From positions 62,001 through 126,000 of the IMG/VR virus record IMGVR_UViG_3300024054_000362: 64,000 nt of DNA, one strand, 5' to 3'. Positions within the stretch are counted from its first letter, which is position 1. Each line of letters opens with the position of its first letter. The notes under the pieces were generated by a model. It had not been told where the DNA came from. It did not search any database and was given only the letters and a program-made list of their open reading frames with translations. The translations under genes and the position numbers were made by a program. Positions 37,258 to 46,893 of this stretch are shown one piece after another.

Positions 37258-39381
37258 ATGGCAACGAACAAACACCCCGGAAAGTGCGCGACCTGCCAGA
37301 CTCCCGTTCCTGCCGGTCAGGGCGAGCTGCGCATGGGCAACAAGGGCTGGATGGTGCTGTGCGCTGCGCACGGCTCGGTGTCTGCTGCTCAGGCAGTCGT
37401 CGCACTGGTCATCCGGGTGTGGCTGGCTGCCGGCCGCGTGTTCTGTGCGCCGGTTGCCCGGCTGAACGGCACCTTCGAGAAGTACGTCGCCATCACCCGC
37501 GAGGCGGGCTTCGGCTACAGCAAGGCGGACAACGCGCAGGTCGGCACGGTGGCTCAGGCGCTCGCGTTGGTGAACAACCTCCGTGCAGGAGGGTTCACGC
37601 CGGACGTCTCACCCGAGCTGTTGGTGCAGCTCCAGGCACGTGAAGCACAGGCCCGTCAAGAGGTCACCGATGCACAGGGTCGTGCTGTCGAAGTCAACGC
37701 GCGCCTCGCCGAGCGTGGCCTCGGACTGATGGCGTTCCAGAACATCGGCATCGAGTGGCTTGCGCCGCGCCAGAAGGCCCTACTCGGCGACGACATGGGC
37801 CTCGGCAAGACTGTTCAGGCACTCGCGGCGTCGCCCGTTGGTGCACCGATTGTCGTGGTGTGCCCTGCCGTCGCCAAGGGTGTGTGGCTCCGCGAGGTCT
37901 CGCGCTTCCGTCCTGATATCACGCCGGTCGTGCTGTCCGGTCGCAACTCGTTCCGCTGGGCGCAGCCAGGCGAGATGATCATCGTCAACTACGACATTCT
38001 CCCGGGCGAGCCGGCCACGGAGAAGGGCTACGCCGCCACGCTGTCGGCCGATCTCGCGAACGCGCCCGAGGGCACGGTGCTGATCGGCGACGAGGCCCAC
38101 ATGCTCAAGGAAAGCGACGCCAACCGCACGAGCCAGTTTCGCGCGCTGCGCCAGGCCGCGCTCGCTTCGAACGGTCGCGTGTGGCTGCTGACGGCGACGC
38201 CGATTCTGAATCGGCCGACGGAGCTGTGGGCGCTTCTGCAGGCGATGGACGCCGGTCGCGAAGTCTACGGCAGCTACGACAAGTTCAAGCGCCTGTGGAA
38301 CGCACAGCAGGGCCGTTACGGCACCGTGTGGGGCGATGCACAGCCCGAGGTCGCGTCGCTGCTCAAGAAAATCATGCTCCGCCGCATGAAGCGCGACGTG
38401 CTCACGCAGCTGCCGCCGAAGACGGTCCGCGACGTCGAAGTGAACGGCCTGTCCGATTCCGTTCGCCGTCTCTGTGACCAGGCGCTCGCCCAGCTGGAGG
38501 CCGACGGCGTCTCCATCGAGGAAGCGCTCCGCATCGCCTCCGAAACGGAGAACATCACGCGTCCGAGCATCCAGATCTGGTCCAAGGCGCGCGCCGCCCT
38601 CGCTACGGTCAAGCTCGGCGCCGCCCTCGACATGATCGAGGCCTTCGAGGACGCCGAGGAGCCCGTCGTCGTGTTCAGCGCGCACCGCGCGTCGGTGGAC
38701 ACGCTTGGCAAGCGTCCCGGTTGGGCGGCGATCACTGGTGACACGCCGGGCACGGAGCGTGAAGCGATCGCGGCACGCTTCCAGGCCGGTGAGCTGGCCG
38801 GTGTGGCTGCGACGATCAAGGCTGGCGGTGTTGCCATCACGCTGACTCGCGCCTCCAACGCGATCTTCATCGATGAGGAAGTCACCCCGGCACTCAACAA
38901 CCAGGCACAGGATCGCGTCTACCGCATCGGCCAGTCGCGCGGCGTGGTCATCACCCGCCTGGTTGCGACGCACGCACTCGATCGCCACACGGCGATGCTG
39001 CTCGATCGCAAGAGCGAGATCATCGCCAGCAGCGTGGACGCTGCCGTCGTCGGCGGCGATGAAGTCGTGTCGAGCGTCCCGACGGTCGACGTCGCCGCGA
39101 TCACCGCCGGCGCTGAGAAGGCGATCGCAGCCGAGATCGCCGTGCTCGAAGCCGAGCAGGCTGTCCCGGCGCCTGTCGCCCCGGCACTGTCGCCGACGGA
39201 CGCACGCATCGCCGTCATCAACCACGACCTGCGCGAGCTGAACATCGGCCGCACGATGCTCGCCGGCAATCGGGCGGCCTGCGAAGTGCTCGACGCACGC
39301 ATCGCCGAGTTGATGGCCGAGTACACCAAGCTCGCGTACGACGACATCGAGATCGTCGTCCCCGCCGAGTGCCCGTTTTGA
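37258..39381 (+). CDS. SNF2-family helicase/ATPase
   Basis: DDMGLGKT, DEAH, LTATPILN, QAQDRVYRIGQ. Confidence 0.92.
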   Translation: MATNKHPGKCATCQTPVPAGQGELRMGNKGWMVLCAAHGSVSAAQAVVALVIRVWLAAGRVFCAPVARLNGTFEKYVAITREAGFGYSKADNAQVGTVAQALALVNNLRAGGFTPDVSPELLVQLQAREAQARQEVTDAQGRAVEVNARLAERGLGLMAFQNIGIEWLAPRQKALLGDDMGLGKTVQALAASPVGAPIVVVCPAVAKGVWLREVSRFRPDITPVVLSGRNSFRWAQPGEMIIVNYDILPGEPATEKGYAATLSADLANAPEGTVLIGDEAHMLKESDANRTSQFRALRQAALASNGRVWLLTATPILNRPTELWALLQAMDAGREVYGSYDKFKRLWNAQQGRYGTVWGDAQPEVASLLKKIMLRRMKRDVLTQLPPKTVRDVEVNGLSDSVRRLCDQALAQLEADGVSIEEALRIASETENITRPSIQIWSKARAALATVKLGAALDMIEAFEDAEEPVVVFSAHRASVDTLGKRPGWAAITGDTPGTEREAIAARFQAGELAGVAATIKAGGVAITLTRASNAIFIDEEVTPALNNQAQDRVYRIGQSRGVVITRLVATHALDRHTAMLLDRKSEIIASSVDAAVVGGDEVVSSVPTVDVAAITAGAEKAIAAEIAVLEAEQAVPAPVAPALSPTDARIAVINHDLRELNIGRTMLAGNRAACEVLDARIAELMAEYTKLAYDDIEIVVPAECPF

Positions 39382-39589
39382 TCATGGACCGTTTCATCAT
39401 CGTACAGCGCACCGGTTTCTGTACGTACTTCCTGTACGCGTGGGACGGCGGTGAAGACCGATGGCTCGCGCACATCGACCTCGCGCAACAGTTCACCGCG
39501 AAGCAGGCGCGAAAGATCGTCAAGCAGATCAACGCGCGGTACCCCCTCGCACCGATCCCTGTCCACGTCCAACGCCTCTAGGAGCCACC

Positions 39590-39964
39590 ATGCAGATTCA
39601 GAATCCTGACCTCGGCATGCCCGAAGGCCTCAGCGATAAGGGCCAGAAGGCTCACGCGATCATCGTCGAGTACCTCGTCGCCAACGGCCTCACCAGGACC
39701 GAGGTGCAAGCGTTCTACGCGCCCGCGGAGTGGTGCGAACGCGGTGAGGAGTACGGCCGCGACTCGCTGCTGGTCGTCATGTACGACGGCTGTGCTGCGC
39801 TGAAGACGGCCTTCTCGTTGGACTACTGCTACGAGGTTGTCGCGTCGAGGCGCGGCTATCCCGAGTGCTACGAGCACCACACGGCCATGCAGGCGAAGTT
39901 GGAAGAAGCTGGCCTGCGCGTCGAGGAATGCACCCGATGGTATGCCGCGATCTACGCGAACTAA
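39590..39964 (+). CDS. hypothetical phage protein
   Basis: AGGAG RBS; FYAPAEW.ERGEEYG. Confidence 0.6.
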   Translation: MQIQNPDLGMPEGLSDKGQKAHAIIVEYLVANGLTRTEVQAFYAPAEWCERGEEYGRDSLLVVMYDGCAALKTAFSLDYCYEVVASRRGYPECYEHHTAMQAKLEEAGLRVEECTRWYAAIYAN

Positions 39965-40040
39965 CATCGCGCAAGTTACTCTTGACTTGTTCGAATAACC
40001 AACGACACTGAAGCGTCTCACCGGCGAAGGCAGACACCCC

Positions 40041-41924
40041 ATGAGCAAGTTTACCCCCGGCACCTACCGCCTGACCGTCGAGGTCGTGAACCCTACGCCC
40101 GATCGTCGCGTCAAGGACGATTGGCGCAAGCGCCCGACGGTCCCCAACGGGAAAATTTTCCGCGTGATCAGCATGTACTCGGGCATGGAGAACCCCGAGA
40201 CGGGTGAGGCGATCAGAATTGCCAAGCTCGTTCCCGTCGGAGATCGTTTCTGGATCCTACACGACGTCACGATCGACGGGCGCTACGAGCACAAGGAGCT
40301 GTGGACCGCGCCCGACGGTGCATGGCGCCTTGCCATGTGTCTCAATAACGACGCCAGCGACGATCGCGAAGAGGGTCTTGCAGACGTCGCGCTCGGGATC
40401 TTAAAGGGTACAAAAAAGCTCGTCGGGAACGAGAGCGGCATGAAGCTCGTCAAGGAGCACAAGAAGGTCACCGAGGCCTACTTGAAGCAGGTCGCGTTCA
40501 TCTACGCCGGCCGCATTCGCATCCGCGACAAGTGGTACCGCCCGATCGCGTACGTGACCAACTGCGGTCGACACGACATGCGCAACGATCACAACAAGCC
40601 TGTGTACCGTTGCCGGGACAACATGGGCTACGCCAACCGCGCGTGGCATTACGCCGGACCCGACGAAATCGTCTCCGAGAGCGCCACCTACCCCGACCCC
40701 GATCATCCCAGCATCAAGCGCGAGGTCATCTTCCGCGCCTGCGGCGACCGCCCCCACTGGCTGGACGTGCCGATCACCGAACAGGCCGCCGTCGACGAGT
40801 ACCTCGCGGCAGGACAGTTCCTTGAAGAGCGCAGCCACTCGATCATGTACCGCAACGAAGATGTGTCATCCGACGAGGAGACGCCGATCAATCGAAAGCG
40901 GATCCTCGCGCTCGGCGAGCGCGTCTCGCGCGAGCGCAAGGCCATCAAGAACGGCGACCTGACGCCGATGAACGCGCGCCTCAACGCTGAGCTGGAGCTA
41001 GCGCAGGTGCTCGACGAGGACGATCGTCCGATCGTGCAAGTGCTGCGCACCGACAAGGCGCCCAAGAAGAAGTCCGAAGCTCCGCTCGAAGAACATCTCG
41101 GTCCCGACACGCTCGCCTCCGTCCAGAAGAAGATCGTAGGTCTTCGTGAAGATTTGTACCTAGCCCGAGAGATCGACGACGAGGACGAGCGTGAGCTTGC
41201 CGAAGAACAAATCGAGCGCGAGTTGGAAGATCTGCGCGTGCGAGAACTTGCCGTGTTGCGCGAAGCGATTCTGAAACAGGCGAACGGCGATCTGATCGAT
41301 CTCACCTGGGACGCAGTCATGAAGACCCGCCCCCTCGACGGGGAGGAGGCTCGCATCCCTGCTGGCAGTATCAAGGTCCCGCGCGCGCCGTTCCTACACT
41401 GGGCGTTCGCTCGCATGAAGATGTTCGAGTCGCAACTCCCACCATGGAAATGCGTCTGCCCCTCAGGCATGAAGATGGCGATGGACGATCCGTTCCACAC
41501 CGACTGGGTCGTCGGTGGCGGTCTCGATCCACAGAACCGCGAACTACTCTACTACCCGGGTCCTGTTTGCGAAGCGTCGCTCAAACTCGCCCACGAGCTA
41601 CAGGACAAGTTCGATGCGCCTAGCGACGTGCACGTCCTCGTCGACGGTGCACCTGTCGGCGGCGCCATCCACCATGGCCGTAAGAAGAAACCGTGTCCCG
41701 ACGGTGCGATCGTCGTGCTCCCCAACCTGCATCCTGACTACGTCGAGACCATCGAGAACGCGGCGGCGGTCATCACCGAAGAAGGCGGCATGACGGCACA
41801 CCTCGCCCAGGTTGGTCGTGAGCGCGCTCTACCGATCGTCCGCATCGCGAACGCACGTACGCGCTTTCAGGAAGGCGACATGGTGGTGGTCAACACGGCG
41901 AACCGGACGGTAATGGGCGTATGA
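40041..41924 (+). CDS. multidomain protein with C-terminal PEP-utilising mobile (phospho-His) domain
   Basis: AAAVITEEGGMTAHLAQVGRERALPIV..EGDMVVVN. Confidence 0.7.
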   Translation: MSKFTPGTYRLTVEVVNPTPDRRVKDDWRKRPTVPNGKIFRVISMYSGMENPETGEAIRIAKLVPVGDRFWILHDVTIDGRYEHKELWTAPDGAWRLAMCLNNDASDDREEGLADVALGILKGTKKLVGNESGMKLVKEHKKVTEAYLKQVAFIYAGRIRIRDKWYRPIAYVTNCGRHDMRNDHNKPVYRCRDNMGYANRAWHYAGPDEIVSESATYPDPDHPSIKREVIFRACGDRPHWLDVPITEQAAVDEYLAAGQFLEERSHSIMYRNEDVSSDEETPINRKRILALGERVSRERKAIKNGDLTPMNARLNAELELAQVLDEDDRPIVQVLRTDKAPKKKSEAPLEEHLGPDTLASVQKKIVGLREDLYLAREIDDEDERELAEEQIERELEDLRVRELAVLREAILKQANGDLIDLTWDAVMKTRPLDGEEARIPAGSIKVPRAPFLHWAFARMKMFESQLPPWKCVCPSGMKMAMDDPFHTDWVVGGGLDPQNRELLYYPGPVCEASLKLAHELQDKFDAPSDVHVLVDGAPVGGAIHHGRKKKPCPDGAIVVLPNLHPDYVETIENAAAVITEEGGMTAHLAQVGRERALPIVRIANARTRFQEGDMVVVNTANRTVMGV

Positions 41925-43433
41925 ATCAGTTCTACGAGACGATCGCGAAGCTTTGTGAGCCCAAGACCCGTGCGCTGATTGCCTGCCAGATCCCATGCGG
42001 CGACGGTTGGATGGATCGAACGTACGAGGTCGTTCGGTCGCGCGACGGTCAGTGGATGGTCGACTTCGGCGCTGGCCCGCTCGAACCTCGACGGAGCTGG
42101 GAAGACATCCTGAACTGGCTCTGTCGCCTGTCGCCGCGCGACGTCGAGATGATGGAGGAGGAGCGCAGTGTTTTCGAGAAATCTGTACGAAGACGTTCCC
42201 GTGAACGAGGTCGAGCGCTTCTTATGGCGTGAGAAGCACGTACGCGGCTTCTTGACAAACATCCAACGCGAGCTGATTGATTCGGCACTCACGCGTGACG
42301 ATGTCGAACAGGCCAAAAAATTTCTGCGTGACTGGAAGGTTCTACGTGATGACGCTCGATGAGATGAAGACGCTGTACGTGAAGACGATGGGACCATCGT
42401 CGTTCGAGATCGAAGGCGACGGCCCGTTCACGGTGCGTGTCTACGACGGCATGGACCACTGTTGGTGCGATGTACTTGTCGGCGTCGATTTAGCGTTCGC
42501 GTTGCAGCGTTGGTGCAAGGAAACCAAGAACGGCACCGAGAAGACCTGCTTCGACGACATCGACTACTACCGGATCTTCCCGGCGAACACGCGCATGCTC
42601 AACCCTTGGGCCCGGGACGACTGATCGTGAAGATCTTGAAGGGCCGCGTCGACTGGCGGGAAGACGATCACACGGAACGCCCCGACGTTCTGCTCCTGGT
42701 TGATGCTGTTCCCGCACGCGAGGACATGCGTTTCGATCAACGAAACTACGCACTCAACAACGGCTGCCACCGTAGCGTCTTCTACGCCGAGGACGACGGC
42801 TTCTGTCGAGCGTTCTCGACAAGCATGGGAGTGTTCGAAGAGGAACCTCGCTCGGTAGTCGGCCGTACGACTTGGCGACCGATCACGATGCACGATGGCT
42901 CACGTCGGTGGGCATCTACTTCGACCGTCGCACCGTCCGGTTTTCGTCTCAACGATCTAGGTTTCGGCCCGTGCATGCCGATTCGCTATACGACCTGCGA
43001 ACATCGCTACCGACAAGGACACGCGCTGACGGGCTGGGTGCTCGTCTCGAAGCTTCGCGCGAATGCACATCTGATCGACGTCGGAGAAGGCTATAGCTGG
43101 CGACCCGGCCTCGCTTCAGCTGCTGGCGTCGTCTTCCCCGGAGGTAGTCGGTTCTCGTTGGCGTGCTGTGCCGCTGGGAACGAGTACAGCAGCACCGGGT
43201 ATCGAAGCGAAAAGCGAATCGTCACCGATCGTTTCCCTGACGGCGTTCTCGTCGAAGACGCCCGCAACGCCATCCAAGCTTCGCTTGCTGCAGGACACGC
43301 GAACGTCGCGAAGGAAATCGCCGACCGCTACGTCCGTTACTTGGGGGCGAACGCAACTGGTGTCCTACTGACCTTGCTGAGCTACGAGCCGGCTGTCAAG
43401 CTGCCAGACGGCACGTTTTGGGTCCGCCCATAG
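41921..43433 (+). other. cluster of hypothetical genes (41921-42232, 42349-42624, 42627-43433)
   Basis: co-oriented abutting ORFs. Confidence 0.5.
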
Positions 43434-43592
43434 GGGCCCCTCAAGAGCTTTCTCGTCGAAGATCGCCTCACCGCCAACAGGTCGATCGCTGATGCGATAA
43501 AGCTCTTGACAAGTCGCGCGAGCGATCGCAGACTCGTCGCTGACACGATCGAGCTACGGCCCGCGGGGCCAAACTAGGGAGCCACGAAGAAC

Positions 43593-44687
43593 ATGCCACT
43601 GTCGTTCGAGAAGACCGAGCAAGCACTGCTCGCTTGCGTCAAGACCCAGATCACGCCCGTCGTCGTCGGACCGCCCGGAATCGGCAAGACGGCGATCGTC
43701 CGCGCCGTCGGCGTCAAGGCCAAGCTGCCGGTGCACGAGCTGTTGGCATCGAACTGCGACGCCGTCGACATCGCCGGTTTCCCGTTCGTCGATGCCAAGA
43801 CCGCAACGCTGAAGCGCGCACTGCTGCCGGAGATCGAAGCCTGTGTCAAGGCGCCCGGCATCCTGTTCCTGGACGAACTGACGGCTGTCCCGCCGAGCGT
43901 ACAGGGGCCGCTGATGCGGCTGCTCCTCGAACGATACGCAGGTGGGACTCGTCTGCACCCCGAGAGTTGCGTCGTCGGCGCCGCCAACCGTCCCGAAGAG
44001 TGTCCCGGCGGCATCGAATTGTCGGCAGCCAGCATCAACCGCGTGATCAAGATGGTCGATTTCATGCCGACCCTCGACGAGATCCGTGGCTACTTCGAGC
44101 GTGTCGGCGATGCTGGTACGCGTCTCCACGAGGAGATGGTCGATTTCGCAGCCACGCTCGCGGTCAACGCAGACCTTCTCGACATGTCGCCACCACGCGC
44201 GTCGATCGATGCCGGTGCGCCGTTCGCGTCGCCGCGCGCGTGGGATCGAGGACTCACGGTGTACGCCAGCTACTGCGACGCGGCCAAGGTTGGATTCAAC
44301 CTCGGTCAGAACGAGGATGACGTCGGCTTCGCGCTGCTCTCCGGCGCTGTGGGGGAGACCAAGGCGGTCGCGTTCTTCGCGATCCGCAAGATGCGCAAGC
44401 ATCTACCGAGCATCGACGACATCCTCAACGATCCTGTGAAGGCCAAGGTCCCAGAGAAGAAGGACCAGCAGATCGCAGCCGTTGGGCTCATCGCGCGCGT
44501 CGCCGAGAAGGATCTCTGGGCGTCATGGATCTACGTCGAGCGCCTCCTGCCCGAGATCAGTGCCGCGTGCGCGCGTGTCCTCATGACCAAGAACGACCCC
44601 GGCAAGTCGAAGTGGCTCATGCAAGGCAAGAACGCGCAGGTCAACGGCCTCGCTGCGATTCATCGTAGCATGAACACCAAGCCGTAA
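43593..44687 (+). CDS. MoxR-like AAA+ ATPase
   Basis: GPPGIGKT, LFLDEL, GAANRP, SPRAW. Confidence 0.88.
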   Translation: MPLSFEKTEQALLACVKTQITPVVVGPPGIGKTAIVRAVGVKAKLPVHELLASNCDAVDIAGFPFVDAKTATLKRALLPEIEACVKAPGILFLDELTAVPPSVQGPLMRLLLERYAGGTRLHPESCVVGAANRPEECPGGIELSAASINRVIKMVDFMPTLDEIRGYFERVGDAGTRLHEEMVDFAATLAVNADLLDMSPPRASIDAGAPFASPRAWDRGLTVYASYCDAAKVGFNLGQNEDDVGFALLSGAVGETKAVAFFAIRKMRKHLPSIDDILNDPVKAKVPEKKDQQIAAVGLIARVAEKDLWASWIYVERLLPEISAACARVLMTKNDPGKSKWLMQGKNAQVNGLAAIHRSMNTKP

Positions 44688-44710
44688 CTCAGCTCGTAGG
44701 AGCGCCGTCC

Positions 44711-46024
44711 ATGTCCAATCGCAACAAGAGCCCCCATCAGGTCAACACGTCGACGGAAAAGCCGCTGCGGCCTCGCGTGGTTGATCCGGCTGTTGCGGCG
44801 GCACTGATTTCACGGTGCAAGGCCAACGCACTGTATTTGGGATGGAAACAGACGCCGTTTTTCCTGCCCGCGGTAGGACGCGTCGAGTTCCGTCCCACAA
44901 CAGAAATCCCGACCGCGGCTGTTGATTTGCGTGGACGGATCTACGTCAACGTCGATTTCGCTGCCAAGCTGAAGGACGCTGAGCTGCAGTTCGTGATCGC
45001 ACACGAGCTGATGCACCTCCTGTTGCTCCACCACGATCGTCGTGGACACCGCGATCGACTGAAGTGGAACATCGCCACCGACCTGATCATCAACCGTACG
45101 CTCAAGGACGTTGCTGACGCTGTCGGCGCGGGCGCGTTCGAGATGCCCAAGGTGGGACTGATCGCCGACGAGAGCCAGGCTGGCTTGACTGCAGAACAGC
45201 TCTACGCCGACATCCCAGATCCGCCGGCCGAGATGCGCGCAGCCTTTGAGGCTGGGACAATCCCCGTCGGCCAAGGGTGTGGTGTCGACGACGGCACCGA
45301 TCCCAACGGCAACCCGGATCCCGATGATCCGGACGGTCAAGAAGCCAAGACGCCCGACCAGCTCAAGCGTGATTGGCAGGAGTGTGCGGTCCAGTGTCAG
45401 ATGCAAGGCCGTCAAGCTGGTGATGTCGCAGGCAACATGCTCGCCGACATTCTCGACGTTCCCGATCCTCTCGTGCGCTGGTCCGAGGTTCTGCGTGGTG
45501 CGCTTCTCCGTGCCATCGCCGAAGCCGGCCGCGACGATGTGTCGTGGCGACGCCGCTCGCGACGTAGCACGGTGGAGTTCATCCTACCTGGCGGCGTCAA
45601 CTACCGCTGCAAGGCAGCCGTCGTGATCGATGCGTCCGGATCGGTCGACGATGAAGCTCTTGCACGCTGTACCGCCGAGACCACGGCCATCGTCAACCAC
45701 TGTGGCGTCGCAGTCTTTCTCGTCGTTCACGATCACGCCGTACAGTCTGCTACCTGGATCCGTCCTGGCGTCAAGTCCAAGGTCCATCAGGACATCAAGA
45801 AGGAAATGAAAGGCCGTGGCGGTACCAGCTTCGACGAGGCGTATGATCGTGTTCAAGAAGAAGGCGAAAAGTTCAACGTCATGGTCCACCTGACTGATGC
45901 AGAAATCGGCGGTGTGTGGCCTCCACGTCCATCGTCGGTACGGCGCCTCGTCGTCGCACTGGTGGGTTCGGCTTGCAAAGACAACTGTCCGCCGGATGCA
46001 CGCGTCATCGAAGTCGAAATCTGA
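44711..46024 (+). CDS. HEXXH metallopeptidase-like + vWA protein (DUF2201-like)
   Basis: IPTAAVD, HELMH, WNIATDLIIN, IDASGS, GRGGTSF, HLTD. Confidence 0.85.
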   Translation: MSNRNKSPHQVNTSTEKPLRPRVVDPAVAAALISRCKANALYLGWKQTPFFLPAVGRVEFRPTTEIPTAAVDLRGRIYVNVDFAAKLKDAELQFVIAHELMHLLLLHHDRRGHRDRLKWNIATDLIINRTLKDVADAVGAGAFEMPKVGLIADESQAGLTAEQLYADIPDPPAEMRAAFEAGTIPVGQGCGVDDGTDPNGNPDPDDPDGQEAKTPDQLKRDWQECAVQCQMQGRQAGDVAGNMLADILDVPDPLVRWSEVLRGALLRAIAEAGRDDVSWRRRSRRSTVEFILPGGVNYRCKAAVVIDASGSVDDEALARCTAETTAIVNHCGVAVFLVVHDHAVQSATWIRPGVKSKVHQDIKKEMKGRGGTSFDEAYDRVQEEGEKFNVMVHLTDAEIGGVWPPRPSSVRRLVVALVGSACKDNCPPDARVIEVEI

Positions 46025-46089
46025 AGCTGGCACGTCGCAGCGTCGGTGCTTACTGATCACCGACGAGGGTTGAAATCTAGGGAGAAATC

Positions 46090-46893
46090 ATGAGCAAGAG
46101 CAAGAAGAGCGAGAGCGGTGTGTTCCACTTCAGGCCAGGGTGGATGATCGTCGACTGTTCGTCGGCGAGCGGCGGCATCCAGTACGATCGGGAGCTTCTC
46201 AAAGAGAAGTCGATCAACGAAGGCAACGGCATGCAGGCCGATCACAAGACCCGCAAGACCGTCGACAACGTCGAATTCTGCGCGGCGGTCGATGCTGTCG
46301 TGAAAAAGGTCGATTACGTGCTGCGTAAGCACTGCGCGCGCACCGAGATGGGCTGGTTTGCCGACGACCGTGCCCTCCAGAGGGTCAAGGCTGAAGTCGC
46401 CGAGATCGAGGCCGAAGCCGAGGAGCTGAACACGGCGGGTGCGCGCCGCGCCAAGAGCGCACGCCGCGCCAAGATCCGCGTCGTGCCGCTCCGACTCGAT
46501 CTCGCGAAGCCGGAAGCCGTGCAGGAGATCGCGCACACGATCCGCTCGATTCTGATCGAGCTGCGCGACACGCTCCGCGCCGGTGACCTGGCGAACCTTC
46601 ACAAGCTCAAGATCCGCTCGAAAAACCTCCACCAGCTGGCCGTCGGTTTTCAGTCGGACGCCATCCGCTTTGCGCTCGATCGCGTACCGCTCGCGGCAAA
46701 CGAGATCCGCGAGGAGATGAAGAACGCCAAGCGCGGTGCGCAGAACGACGGCAAGAGCAAGGAGAGGGTCGAGAGGGACGTCAACGCCGCCGCCAGGCGG
46801 GCAGGCGCCAAGGTCGACATCCAGGCGATCGAGGCGGCGATCATGCACTTCACCGACGACTCCGTCGACGCCGATCTCGACGAGGCTGCGTAG
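46090..46893 (+). CDS. helical protein following the AAA-vWA pair (possibly DUF3150-like)
   Basis: GGGAG RBS, position after the AAA/vWA genes. Confidence 0.5.
   Translation: MSKSKKSESGVFHFRPGWMIVDCSSASGGIQYDRELLKEKSINEGNGMQADHKTRKTVDNVEFCAAVDAVVKKVDYVLRKHCARTEMGWFADDRALQRVKAEVAEIEAEAEELNTAGARRAKSARRAKIRVVPLRLDLAKPEAVQEIAHTIRSILIELRDTLRAGDLANLHKLKIRSKNLHQLAVGFQSDAIRFALDRVPLAANEIREEMKNAKRGAQNDGKSKERVERDVNAAARRAGAKVDIQAIEAAIMHFTDDSVDADLDEAA

Noticed and set aside
37780-39225. Long antisense ORF (481 aa) and many similar overlapping ORFs
   Set aside because: Shadow frames of GC3-biased genes (here the SNF2 helicase); no motifs or RBS.
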